From contig JAZQOA010000086.1 of assembly GCA_045627605.1 (NCBI GenBank), positions 15,281 through 79,280 on the forward strand: a stretch of DNA of 64,000 nt. The letters are read 5' to 3'. Made by a program: the position numbers and the translations under genes. Below the pieces are notes generated by a model. That model made no database searches. It saw only the letters and a program-made list of their open reading frames with translations, and had not been told where the DNA came from. Numbering within the stretch: the first letter of the stretch is position 1; every line of letters starts with the position of its first letter. Shown here piece after piece: positions 18,475 through 27,792 of the stretch. Source of the DNA: Kiritimatiellia bacterium (GTDB taxonomy: Bacteria > Verrucomicrobiota > Kiritimatiellia > RFP12 > JAAYLN01).

Positions 18475-21249
18475 CTACCGCAACCCCAGGTCGCGGCGAA
18501 TGTTGTCGATGAGCCGGAAGTGCGACACGCCAAGGGTTTCGCCCACGACGATGACGGCGCCATCGCCATACTTCAACGCGCTGACAAAAGGAATCAACCG
18601 GCTTTCATCGGCCTGAGCCGGCATCTTCGCGTACTGCACCCACCCCTCCGGGGCATACGGCACCTGCATGTAGCACGGGGCGAAGCCGTGGCGAACCGCG
18701 CCCTCCATGTTCCACGGCGCCTTGCACCAATCGCCTTCCATGACCCATTTGGCATGGCGTTCGCCAAGGGGATAGTCCTTCGGCGCCTCGCAACGCACGT
18801 CAAGGCTCTTGTCGCCAAGTATCCTGGCCAACGGCGGCGACCACCAGCTCCTGACGAGCAACGTGCCGCCGGCCCTGACCTTGGCGCGGATGACCTCCGC
18901 CGTGTTTGAGGCGACGCAATCGCCGCGAGGCACTTGGAACATGAAGGTCTCGGCCTTGCCCGCGACCGCCGCGACTTCCGCATCGTTGGTGCAGGCAAAC
19001 ACCTTCCAGCCGTCGGCCTCGCCCTGGGTGCGCACCCCCGGAATGCCCCTGTGGCAACGCGGGTCCCCGGCGTAATAGACGATCGGACGGTCAACCGCCC
19101 CTGCCGCGAGGAACGACATCTTCGCCATCACGTCCTCCCGCTGCGGGAAGGCCCAGCCTCCCGGCGCCGAGAGTCGAACCTCCCAGGCCTCGTCCGCCAC
19201 GGGCCGGTTGACGAAAGCGGTGAACGGAATTTCAAAGACAAGTCTGTCCGCGAGGGTCGAGACGGTCCAGTCCGGCGCCCAGGTCGTCTCCTCGACGCCC
19301 ACGTCGGAAATCTTGCGCTGCCCCTTTCCTTCCTTCCCGACCCAAAAGGCGTAGCGCTCCCCGCCGGCGCCGGCAATGGAAAGAGTCGCGGCATCCGTCC
19401 CGCGCCATTCGGCGACAAGTTTGTCCGCGACGGTTTTCGCGTTGTTTTTCGGGTCGGGCGACACGAACCACGCCAAACGGGCCCCGATGCCGCCGGGGGT
19501 GCCATCCTTCACGCCGACAAGCGCGTGCCACGGGGCCAGCGCATCGCCAAAGGCCTCCCCTGTCTTGAGGCGGGGCAGGTTTACGGCGACGGCGTTGCCG
19601 AGGCGAAGTTCCCGGTAGCTCGCCATCTGGCCGTAGAGGATCTTCTCGCGAAGGACGTTCCGCAACGCCGTCTCATCGCCCTGCGCAAGTTTTTCGGCCT
19701 CCGCAAGCAACGCCGCCGCGCGGGCGCGAACCTTGTCGTCCGCAAGAAGATTGGCGGAGACGTTCATGCCGTCCGCAAACAACCCGATGCGCCCCGGCTG
19801 GGCACCCCAGACGGCATCCATCGCCCGGAAGTATTCGGCCATCGGCTTTGCGGCGGGACCGAAGGCCGTCCGGCAGGTGTCCGCGAGAAAATCGTCGAGC
19901 GTCAGGCGGACGTCCCACATTTTGCGGGCGTAGAAGAGTTGCGTGAGACGGTTCTGAACGGCGTGCGCGGTGACGTCTGGCCCGCCCTTCGGACTGAGCG
20001 ACACTTCCGGAATCGAGGTGGCGAGGTGATTTTGAACGACCGTCTCGACGGCGTCGCCAATCATCGAGAAGAAGGGCATGAAAACCGGATGCTTTGAAAT
20101 GGCGTCATACTCGTAGGCGTAGTGGCCAACCGCCACATCCCCCCGGGCGCACCAGGCCTTGAGCCGCTTCAGTTCGCCGACATTCGCCGCGCAGGTCTCG
20201 TCGCCCCACTTGTGGATGTGGCACCGGGGGTGGCTGGCGTATTCGATGAACTCGGTGTTTTCGATTTTGCAGTCCGGGACGTCGAGGTAGCCCTGGTAGG
20301 CGAGCGTGGCGAATCGAAGGTCGGGGTACTTCGCCTTGAGGATTTTCACGACCTTGTTGTAATAGGCGAACCACGCGGTGGAGACGCCCAGGGCCTTGCA
20401 CTTCGCGCACTGGCAGTAATCCTGGTTGTCGTTGGGGAAGATCGAGACGATGTCGAGCGGCGCACCGCGCCTCCTGAACCCTTCGATTTGGGCGGCGAGG
20501 CGCGCGGCGACTTTCTCCGCGCCCAGTTCGCTCGAAAAGCAGATGTTGATCATCGAGCGGTGACCCGCGAGCTCGCAGAAGCATTCGGGATGCTCGGCGA
20601 AGAGTTCCTTTTCCCCGTTGAGATTCGCGTTGTGCATGGAGATCATCGAATACTGGCCATACTTCTCCTCGCCCTTCGCCACGCCGTGCCGGTGGATGGT
20701 CGCGAAATTGCGCGTCTGCCACAGGTTGAAGGCGGCGCGGTCGCGCCAGTCGCCGCAGTGGTGGAATCCGCGGTACTTGACCGAAGGCGTGTGCCTGAAG
20801 GCGAGCGATGCCGGCACCGCCCACTTTTCCAGCTTCGGGAAGAACGCCCCCGTCTCACCCGGCCAGAGCCAGCGAACGCCGAGTTCGCGCTGCAGGAACG
20901 CATACGCGGCGTGAAGCGTCGCGCGGGGCAGGTTGCCCTGGAGGATGAGATGCCCGCCGTCAACGCGGTATTCGACGACCTCGTCCGCGAAGTTTTCCGC
21001 ATCGCCCGCGACGAAGCGCACGGCATGCCCGCCGCCTTCGCCAGGCGCGACGACGTCGAAGGCCACGCCCGAAACACACATCAACGCATTGGTGAATTCC
21101 TCGACGGCGAACGCCACTGCCGGCGCGGCATTTGTCGCCACCTCGATTTTCCATTCTGTTGCGCCATTGTCAAAGAGCGGCGGGAGCCCCGCCCCGCAGA
21201 GAAACGGGAGAAGCGCCGCGAGACATGCTGAAACAACTGTTTTTTTCAT
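18475..21249 (-). CDS. Secreted multidomain protein, DUF4838-like (GH20/GH67-related fold by recollection), with a C-terminal extra domain
   Basis: Signal peptide MKKTVVSACLAALLPFLCGAG at the internal ATG 21249. Diverse amino-acid composition. The family call rests only on remembered DUF4838 architecture and is weak. Confidence 0.45.
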   Translation of the reverse strand: MKKTVVSACLAALLPFLCGAGLPPLFDNGATEWKIEVATNAAPAVAFAVEEFTNALMCVSGVAFDVVAPGEGGGHAVRFVAGDAENFADEVVEYRVDGGHLILQGNLPRATLHAAYAFLQRELGVRWLWPGETGAFFPKLEKWAVPASLAFRHTPSVKYRGFHHCGDWRDRAAFNLWQTRNFATIHRHGVAKGEEKYGQYSMISMHNANLNGEKELFAEHPECFCELAGHRSMINICFSSELGAEKVAARLAAQIEGFRRRGAPLDIVSIFPNDNQDYCQCAKCKALGVSTAWFAYYNKVVKILKAKYPDLRFATLAYQGYLDVPDCKIENTEFIEYASHPRCHIHKWGDETCAANVGELKRLKAWCARGDVAVGHYAYEYDAISKHPVFMPFFSMIGDAVETVVQNHLATSIPEVSLSPKGGPDVTAHAVQNRLTQLFYARKMWDVRLTLDDFLADTCRTAFGPAAKPMAEYFRAMDAVWGAQPGRIGLFADGMNVSANLLADDKVRARAAALLAEAEKLAQGDETALRNVLREKILYGQMASYRELRLGNAVAVNLPRLKTGEAFGDALAPWHALVGVKDGTPGGIGARLAWFVSPDPKNNAKTVADKLVAEWRGTDAATLSIAGAGGERYAFWVGKEGKGQRKISDVGVEETTWAPDWTVSTLADRLVFEIPFTAFVNRPVADEAWEVRLSAPGGWAFPQREDVMAKMSFLAAGAVDRPIVYYAGDPRCHRGIPGVRTQGEADGWKVFACTNDAEVAAVAGKAETFMFQVPRGDCVASNTAEVIRAKVRAGGTLLVRSWWSPPLARILGDKSLDVRCEAPKDYPLGERHAKWVMEGDWCKAPWNMEGAVRHGFAPCYMQVPYAPEGWVQYAKMPAQADESRLIPFVSALKYGDGAVIVVGETLGVSHFRLIDNIRRDLGLR

Positions 21250-21289
21250 TACGTGTCCTTTCCTGTGTTTTTCATGAGGCATCGCACGG

Positions 21290-22858
21290 TCAGACGTCGC
21301 GGACGCCGCCATAGTCCGGTCCGCCGCCGCCAAGGTAGCCACGCGACTTACCCGTCGCGTCGGAGAACCAGAACGAGTAGAGTTTCGCGCCGCCGGAAAG
21401 GCGAAAGGCCAGCTTGACCTTGCCCGGCGCCGCCGGCAACACCTCGATCCGGGTGGCGTCGACTCCCCGCAAGACGCGGCTGGCGCCACCGACGACCGAG
21501 ACCTCGATTTCGCCCGCGGAGCAGTCTGCATTGACGAAGAGACGGTCGCCCTCGGCAAACGAAAGGTCGCGCGTGACGAGGCTCCCCTCGCCTGTCACGG
21601 CGCAAAATCCGTCGCGCCTAAGGTGCGCAAGTCCCATCGCGCCGTTGTGGTACATGCCGTTTTCGGGAGTGTTCTGCCCGACCAGCGAAAGCCGCGACGT
21701 GTCGCCGGCGAAGGCCCCGTAGTAGAAGCAGAGCTTTTCGTCGCGGACGACGAAAAGGTTGCCCAGCGGCTGCACATAGCCGGCGTCCCACTTGCCGGAC
21801 CCCCAGCGTTCCGCGGCGATGGCCGGCGTGCGGTCGGGGCGCGTCCAGTGGAAGCCGTCGCGCGAATAGGCGAAGACAATGTCGGTGATCTTGGGGTTGC
21901 CCGTCTGGGCGGCCGCGTAGTTGTCGGGGCCCCGGTGAATCTCGAAGGCGCCGACGATGATCGACTCGTAGGCCACCGCATTGAGGGCGTAGAGCTGCGG
22001 CGGGCACTTGAACTCAGGGTCTTCGCCGTCGAGTTCGTCGGCCTTCGCCCACTGCACGACGCCGCCGGTGGTCTGTCCGCGATTCCAATCCCAGGAGCAG
22101 CCGGAGGCGAAGTCATCCGTCTCGTAGTAGCACGTGGCGCGCCCGATGCGCGGCAACCAACTCCTGAGTGAGAAAACCCACTTGCGGCGGAAGGGGTTCC
22201 AGAAGAAATTCGATCGGTCCCCCGCCGCGCCGGAAAGCCACCGGTCGTAGAAGTGGCGGCCGTCGGATGAGAAAAAGCAAAGCCCGCGCTCATCGCCGCC
22301 CGGCCCGTGCACGTACATCACCCAGCGCGAATAGGGGTTTTCAAGCTGGAAGTCGGGTATGACCTCCCAGCTGTCGGGACGGAAATCAGGCGGATAAATC
22401 TGGTTGGTGCCATCCGCGATGTCCACGCGGTCAAAGGAAATGCCGTCGGCGCTCTCGGCGTAGGCGACGGTGTTGAGCCAGCCCGCCTCGTACCAGAGGC
22501 GGAAGCGTTTTTCGCAAGGATCCCACCAGAGGCCGCCGCCATTCGGGCGCGCGGTGCTGTTGCGCGTGCCGTTGATCTCGAGCCAGGTCTCGGGCTTCAG
22601 CACCGGGTTGCCGCCGAACTTCACGGGATGTGGATATTCGCGCCGGAGCCCGTCCATCGACTCCACCAGGAAGTCGTCGACGAAAAGTTGCCGGCCCACG
22701 TCCACCGGGATCGGCGCCGGGATGTTGGCGGGGTCGAGATACGGCGGGGACGGCGGCACCGAGAGGTCCGTGAGCGCAACGTCGCGCGGCGGCCACTCGG
22801 CGGGCAACCTGATGCCGTTGTAAAGAACTTCCCCTTGAATTGCATTTCTGTCACCCAT
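21290..22858 (-). CDS. Beta-propeller glycoside-hydrolase-like protein (GH32/43/130-type blades) with a C-terminal beta-sandwich
   Basis: Repeated blade signatures YAESADGISFDR, FFSSDGRHFYDR and AYSRDGFHWTRPDR. No signal peptide. The first ATG is at 22858; the ORF-track start is a TTG at 22864. Confidence 0.5.
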   Translation of the reverse strand: MGDRNAIQGEVLYNGIRLPAEWPPRDVALTDLSVPPSPPYLDPANIPAPIPVDVGRQLFVDDFLVESMDGLRREYPHPVKFGGNPVLKPETWLEINGTRNSTARPNGGGLWWDPCEKRFRLWYEAGWLNTVAYAESADGISFDRVDIADGTNQIYPPDFRPDSWEVIPDFQLENPYSRWVMYVHGPGGDERGLCFFSSDGRHFYDRWLSGAAGDRSNFFWNPFRRKWVFSLRSWLPRIGRATCYYETDDFASGCSWDWNRGQTTGGVVQWAKADELDGEDPEFKCPPQLYALNAVAYESIIVGAFEIHRGPDNYAAAQTGNPKITDIVFAYSRDGFHWTRPDRTPAIAAERWGSGKWDAGYVQPLGNLFVVRDEKLCFYYGAFAGDTSRLSLVGQNTPENGMYHNGAMGLAHLRRDGFCAVTGEGSLVTRDLSFAEGDRLFVNADCSAGEIEVSVVGGASRVLRGVDATRIEVLPAAPGKVKLAFRLSGGAKLYSFWFSDATGKSRGYLGGGGPDYGGVRDV

Positions 22859-22860
22859 GG

Positions 22861-24828
22861 TCAAATTCCTCCTTCCGCCCCCTCTTCGGAAACGGAAATC
22901 ACGCCCGAGACGTCGAACTTGCCGGAGACGGGTTTCCCGGCGCGGACGTCCTCCTCGGTGAATTTCGCGAAAAGCAGTTCCTGCCGCCCTGTACGGTCGT
23001 TGTCGAAGGCGATGAAAACGGTGCCGTCGGCGGCTTGGTCGCCGTCGGGATACGAGCAGGGCCCCGCCTTAAGCACGAGGCCGCCGGACCATGTCGCGCC
23101 GTCGTCGTCCGAAAGGTATGCCGTCATGTCGTTCCGCCCGATGTCGGCATTGAGCGGGCCGTTCTTGACCAGAAGCAACGTGCCACTCGCCAGGCGGCGG
23201 ACAAAGTACCGCGAGTTGGTGTGGCGGAAGGGACAGGGCCGGGCGGGCCCCCATGTGCGGCCACCGTCGCGGGAATCGGCCTGCCAGGCGCCATCCGGTG
23301 CGCCACGTACGCGCATGTAGACGCGCAAAGCGCCATCCGAAAGCTCGACGACATTGTGCTCGTCGAATTCGCGCAGGTTCGCGGGAAGCGTCGCGCCGCC
23401 GCGCGGAACCAGCGTGGCGCCGCCATCGACACTCTCGTAGAGACGCGCGCTGAAATCATCTCGCCAGACCGCCACCGGGAAGAGCCAGCGTCCGTCACGC
23501 GCGGCGAGCGGCTTGCACATCATCACGCCCGAGGCGATTCTCCGGGGTTCGAAAACCACGCCGGAAGGCTCCGCGTCGGCATCAAGCTCAAGGCACATGA
23601 GATTGTCCGTGTTGGCGAAGTAATGGCCGGTCGTCCATTGATTCGCCGCGCCATCGCGAACCTCGACTTCACGGTCGGTCCACGTCCAGCGCAACCGGCC
23701 GTCGGGCGCAATCCAGACCTCGGGGTCGAAAGCCCTGCGCGGGCCATCGCGGTCGGGGTCGGCGACGAGCACCTCCTTCCAGGTCGCGCCTCCGTCGGCA
23801 CTGGTCGACAGCACCACGTAGTTGTTGGAATCCTCGCCGTTGGTCGGGCCGGAATACCACGTCGCCCAAAGACGTCCGCTCCTTTGAGACACCGCAATGG
23901 AGGGGATGCCCGAGAAACGCCGGCGCGGCTTGACGTGGAGGGCGTCGGGGGGCGACACGTAGGCTCGGCTTGGGGTGAGGTCCGTCGGGTAGGCGAACGG
24001 GAACTCCGGCTCGGGCGGATTCCACGGGCTCTCCACGAGGGCGCGGTAGGCCTTCAGCATCGGGCCAAGCCTGTCCGTCAGGGGGAAGTCGATGCCGCGC
24101 GCGAGGAGCGCGGCCAGGCGCCAGGGCTTGTTGCACCAGAAAAAGTTGACCTTGCCGCCAAGGGCGTGGTAGGCGAGGAGCTCGTCGCGCGTGTAGTCGG
24201 CCTCGTGCGGCTGGGTGAACTCCGCGCGTTCGTCGATGACGGCTTCAAGGCAGGCGCGGCGTTCCTCGGCCGTCCAGAGACGCGACCAGCTGTTCCCCGC
24301 GGGGGCGGTGAAAAGGCACGTCTTGATTTCGGGAACGACGCTCCGGGCCAGCTTCACCCCGGGAAGCCCCGCGGCGACGAAGGCCTGGTGGAGTCGCCCT
24401 TTCTCCTTGATTTTGCGGGCGACTTCGTCTGTGACATCGTCGCGGCAGTGGACGTTTATCCAGACGCCTTCCAGCGGGAAGCAATCGATGGCCTCGTCAA
24501 AGGTCGGGATCTTCGTCCCGGCGAACTTGGCGTCGTATTTCACGCCGGCGTCAACGCCCCGCAGGTCGTCGAAGGAGAGTTCGGAAACCGCGCCCGTCCC
24601 CGTCGTCGTGCGATCGATGGTGGAGTCGTGCATGACGACGAGTTCGCCCGTCGCGCAGCGGACGACGTCGAACTCGACCATGGCCGCGCCCTTTTCAATC
24701 GCCGACTTAAAAGCGGCAACCGTGTTCTCGGGACAGCACTCCCTGTCGCCGCGATGGGCGCAAATTCCTCCGGAAGGCATCTTCGCGCCGGTCCTCCGCG
24801 ACGCCTCAAAACCGCCAACTCCAAGCAT
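22861..24828 (-). CDS. Glycerophosphodiester phosphodiesterase (GDPD) domain fused to a BNR/Asp-box sialidase-like beta-propeller
   Basis: N-terminal GDPD motifs ICAHRGDRECCPENTVAAFKSAIEKGAAMVEFDVVRCATGELVVMHDSTIDRTT. C-terminal Asp-boxes STSADGGATW, SVDGGATL, SRDGGRTW and SDDDGATW. The start is uncertain (ATGs at 24828 and 24780); 24921 would overlap the GNAT gene. Confidence 0.7.
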   Translation of the reverse strand: MLGVGGFEASRRTGAKMPSGGICAHRGDRECCPENTVAAFKSAIEKGAAMVEFDVVRCATGELVVMHDSTIDRTTTGTGAVSELSFDDLRGVDAGVKYDAKFAGTKIPTFDEAIDCFPLEGVWINVHCRDDVTDEVARKIKEKGRLHQAFVAAGLPGVKLARSVVPEIKTCLFTAPAGNSWSRLWTAEERRACLEAVIDERAEFTQPHEADYTRDELLAYHALGGKVNFFWCNKPWRLAALLARGIDFPLTDRLGPMLKAYRALVESPWNPPEPEFPFAYPTDLTPSRAYVSPPDALHVKPRRRFSGIPSIAVSQRSGRLWATWYSGPTNGEDSNNYVVLSTSADGGATWKEVLVADPDRDGPRRAFDPEVWIAPDGRLRWTWTDREVEVRDGAANQWTTGHYFANTDNLMCLELDADAEPSGVVFEPRRIASGVMMCKPLAARDGRWLFPVAVWRDDFSARLYESVDGGATLVPRGGATLPANLREFDEHNVVELSDGALRVYMRVRGAPDGAWQADSRDGGRTWGPARPCPFRHTNSRYFVRRLASGTLLLVKNGPLNADIGRNDMTAYLSDDDGATWSGGLVLKAGPCSYPDGDQAADGTVFIAFDNDRTGRQELLFAKFTEEDVRAGKPVSGKFDVSGVISVSEEGAEGGI

Positions 24829-24899
24829 GGGAAATCTCCTGGACGCGGGGGTGCGCCGGATTGGCGCGGTTCCATCCTCCCCCGCCCCGCATGTCTGGA

Positions 24900-25496
24900 T
24901 TATAGCAGATTTCCGAGACACTTGGCAAAATAGACGGTGTCGACGCCCTTGCCGCGGTCGTCTTCCAGCACCGCCACGCGGGCATAGCCGCGCTTTTCAA
25001 GCGTGTGCAGCTGTGCGGCGTTAAGCGACCACGTCCGCGTATAGACGACTTGCATTCCGTGGGCGCGGGCGACCTCGCCCTCGAGGCTGTCGTATAGGGC
25101 GTTCATCACGCCGCGCCCGCGCAGGGCGCGCCCGACGCAGACAGTCGTGACGTAAAGCGCGGAGCCGAGTTCAGGCAACGCCTTGGCGGGCTCCTCCCGC
25201 CGGAAGGTCATGAAACCCGCGAACTCACCGCCGAAATAGGCGAGAATGAATTCCTGCAACAAAATTTGCGCGAAGTACTTGCGCGGTCCCGTCGCGAACG
25301 CCCCTGCCGGGACAGCGCCAAGGTCCAGATTCTTCTGGTCCGAGCGGTCCCGCGCCGAAAGGCACGGATAAAATTCGTTGTCGCAGGCGCAGAGAAGCCG
25401 CCACACGGAATCCTTTGACTCTTCGTCCAGAGCGCGGCCGACGAAACGGACCTCCACGCCGCGCCCGCCTTGTTTTTGCCCCGCGAAGTCCTCCAT
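24900..25496 (-). CDS. GNAT-family N-acetyltransferase
   Basis: Acetyl-CoA binding loop VCVGRALRGRGVMNALY. About 198 aa from the internal ATG at 25496 (MEDFAGQ). Confidence 0.6.
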   Translation of the reverse strand: MEDFAGQKQGGRGVEVRFVGRALDEESKDSVWRLLCACDNEFYPCLSARDRSDQKNLDLGAVPAGAFATGPRKYFAQILLQEFILAYFGGEFAGFMTFRREEPAKALPELGSALYVTTVCVGRALRGRGVMNALYDSLEGEVARAHGMQVVYTRTWSLNAAQLHTLEKRGYARVAVLEDDRGKGVDTVYFAKCLGNLL

Positions 25497-25506
25497 GACG
25501 CCCCTT

Positions 25507-26613
25507 TCACTTGGCGGACTTTTCCGCAGCCCCGGCCATCGCGGATAATCCGCCCCGCGTGTGCCGTTTGAAAACCTCGCGGTAACCCGGCTTGACCATG
25601 TCCGGCCCGTTGCAGACGGCGACATCCCGACCGCCGGCGGCCAGCACCAATTCAAGTTCGCGTTCAAGTCGTTCGGGCGTCTTGTGGGCGAGAGGCGTGC
25701 CTTCTGCGGCGTTCAAGCCGACAAACGGGATGCTCCTGCATCCAGCAAGATGCGGCGCGGAAAGGATTCGCCGGGTGTAGTCCGCGATCTTGGCGTCATC
25801 CCACTGGAAATACCAGGCGACGGTCTCCTCGATGTAGTCCGCCTTGAGCAAGCGCCCGTAGAGCGGGTCGGGAAGAAAAACCGGGTAGAGGTGGATCGCC
25901 ACCTTGATGCCGGGGCGCAACGTCTTGGCATAGTCGACCATCGCGTTGACATAGTTCACGAGGCTGTCGCGGAAAAAGATGTTGCGATTCGCCTCGGTCT
26001 CTGGCAGTCCTTTTTCAGCCAGCCAGGCGGAAAGGCGCCTGCGGCAGTCATCGCACGCGCACGACCTCAGGTTCGCGTAGCCTATGTAGTCGAATGTAAT
26101 CCCCTCGGCCAGCGGGTTTTTCTCAAGCATGGCCGCCATCCTCGACTTGGCCATGGCCTGGCCCTCGTCACTGAGAAAACACGAGATGAGCTCCGGGCAG
26201 AGATCAAGGGGCTCCACCGGCTCGCCGCCGAACTGGCATTTTTTCTCGACACGACGCGCGTTGACTTTGCCGCCGATTTCCTCCTTCGGGACGACTCCCC
26301 TCAAGTCGGTCCCGTTGATATAGTCGTAGAACGCCCTCTCCGCCGGTGTGAGAACCTGGCTGTGCGGCCCGACGGGAAAGAACCCGCAGTAAGGGCGCAT
26401 CCCGAACTTCTTCGCGGCGGCGACACCCTTCTCCCCCGATGCTCCGATGTCCGTCACGCCAATGTCGGCGTAGGCGCGGGCCGAGTCCTCATCGGTCACG
26501 GACGCCCATGCGAAGACCCGCTCGAAGACGGGCGTTTCATTTGTCTCCGCGCCCAGGGCAACCACCGTCAGGGGCAGAGCCAAAACCAGTGCCAAGTGCA
26601 ATTTCTTCTTCAT
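25507..26613 (-). CDS. Secreted hypothetical protein (possibly a TIM-barrel glycoside-hydrolase-like fold)
   Basis: Signal peptide MKKKLHLALVLALPLTVVALGA at the internal ATG 26613. No motif I can name with confidence. Confidence 0.5.
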   Translation of the reverse strand: MKKKLHLALVLALPLTVVALGAETNETPVFERVFAWASVTDEDSARAYADIGVTDIGASGEKGVAAAKKFGMRPYCGFFPVGPHSQVLTPAERAFYDYINGTDLRGVVPKEEIGGKVNARRVEKKCQFGGEPVEPLDLCPELISCFLSDEGQAMAKSRMAAMLEKNPLAEGITFDYIGYANLRSCACDDCRRRLSAWLAEKGLPETEANRNIFFRDSLVNYVNAMVDYAKTLRPGIKVAIHLYPVFLPDPLYGRLLKADYIEETVAWYFQWDDAKIADYTRRILSAPHLAGCRSIPFVGLNAAEGTPLAHKTPERLERELELVLAAGGRDVAVCNGPDMVKPGYREVFKRHTRGGLSAMAGAAEKSAK

Positions 26614-26651
26614 TTTTCTCCTTTTCCTTCCAAAATCGGCGATTCCCGGCT

Positions 26652-27782
26652 TCAACCCGCCTTGTTGGCGATTCCAAGCAAACGGCTTCCGGACGTCACC
26701 AACTTCCCGGCACGGACATCCGCCTCGGTGAACCGATGGTGGAGGATCTCGCGGTCGGTTGTCCGCCCACGGTCGTGCACGACGTGGATGAAGCCATCCG
26801 GCGTTTCACAGGCGTCGGGATACGACACGTCGGCGCGGCCATCGAGAAGAAGTCCGCCCAGCCATGTCCGGCCGTCGTCGTCCGAGACAAAGGCCGTTAT
26901 CTTCTCCCGCGGCGTGTAGGGGCGTTCCTCGGGCGCGCCCATGGCCACGTCGCCGTTTTTCACGAGGAGCAGCGCACCCGATTTCAAGCGCCCGATGAAA
27001 AAGCGCGAGTTGGTGGACTTGATTCCCGACGGCTTGAGCTGCGTCCAGGTCGCACCGCCATCGGCCGAGAAGGCCTCGCCGATGCCGTATCGCGTGCGCG
27101 CCAGCATCCAGAGCGTACCGTCCCTCCGCTCGACGATCATGTTCTCGGTGCAGTCGCGGTCTTCGGGCGGGATTTCCGCCGCGCTCAGGAACGAGACCGT
27201 CGCGCCGCCATCGGTCGAGACATAGGCATTGGCGGACTGGCGCGCGCACTCGGGATGCGCCAGCGGCCCCGCGAGGTCGCAAAGCGCATGCATCGTCTTC
27301 CCATGGCGGGGCGGGAAATTCGAGAACTCCGGCGGCAACAGCCAGGCGCCATCGCGCCGGACAACCGGTTTGTTCTTCATGAAGCCGTCGCACAGGCGGC
27401 GCGCCGGCGTCCACGCCGTGGCGGCGTCCTCCGGGTCGAGCGGGTTCATCGCCCAGACCCCGGCACGACCATCCCAGAAACTGTAGCACTGGCTGTAGAA
27501 GAGCCAGACCTTGCCGGAGGGATCGGTCCACAGGCCGGGGTCGATCACGCGGAGCGGCCCCGGCTTGTCGATGGCGAAAAGCGGTTCGCCCCAGTTTTCG
27601 CCGCCGTCGCCGCTGGTCGCCACGATGGCGGCGTTTTCATCGCCTTCTGTAACGTCTCCCGTGTGCCAGGCGAGCCAGAGGCGTCCGCCGGGCGACGACG
27701 TAATCGATGGCGCACTCTGGAAACCGCGCACGGCATCACGCAGGTAGTCTGGCACCGGGCGAAGCACCGGGAAGGGCTTCAT
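26652..27782 (-). CDS. BNR/Asp-box sialidase-like beta-propeller (exo-alpha-sialidase family)
   Basis: Asp-boxes SGDGGENW, STDGGATV, SADGGATW and SDDDGRTW. It is a paralog of the C-terminal half of 22861-24828. Start is at 27782 (MKPFPVL), or at 27809 if it overlaps the upstream stop. Confidence 0.7.
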   Translation of the reverse strand: MKPFPVLRPVPDYLRDAVRGFQSAPSITSSPGGRLWLAWHTGDVTEGDENAAIVATSGDGGENWGEPLFAIDKPGPLRVIDPGLWTDPSGKVWLFYSQCYSFWDGRAGVWAMNPLDPEDAATAWTPARRLCDGFMKNKPVVRRDGAWLLPPEFSNFPPRHGKTMHALCDLAGPLAHPECARQSANAYVSTDGGATVSFLSAAEIPPEDRDCTENMIVERRDGTLWMLARTRYGIGEAFSADGGATWTQLKPSGIKSTNSRFFIGRLKSGALLLVKNGDVAMGAPEERPYTPREKITAFVSDDDGRTWLGGLLLDGRADVSYPDACETPDGFIHVVHDRGRTTDREILHHRFTEADVRAGKLVTSGSRLLGIANKAG

Positions 27783-27792
27783 TGAATCCGTT

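Noticed and set aside
22840-24933. 697-aa plus-strand ORF, plus similar long antisense ORFs at 15095-16816, 32466-34088, 56235-58001, 53777-55180, 4357-5757, 20122-21231 and 61979-63079
   Set aside because: Each lies opposite a gene with clear family signatures (GDPD-BNR, histidine kinase, FAD oxidoreductase, DUF1015/cimA, OFOR, metX, the DUF4838-like protein and Gfo/Idh/MocA). All have Arg/Gly/Ala/Val-biased low-information translations.
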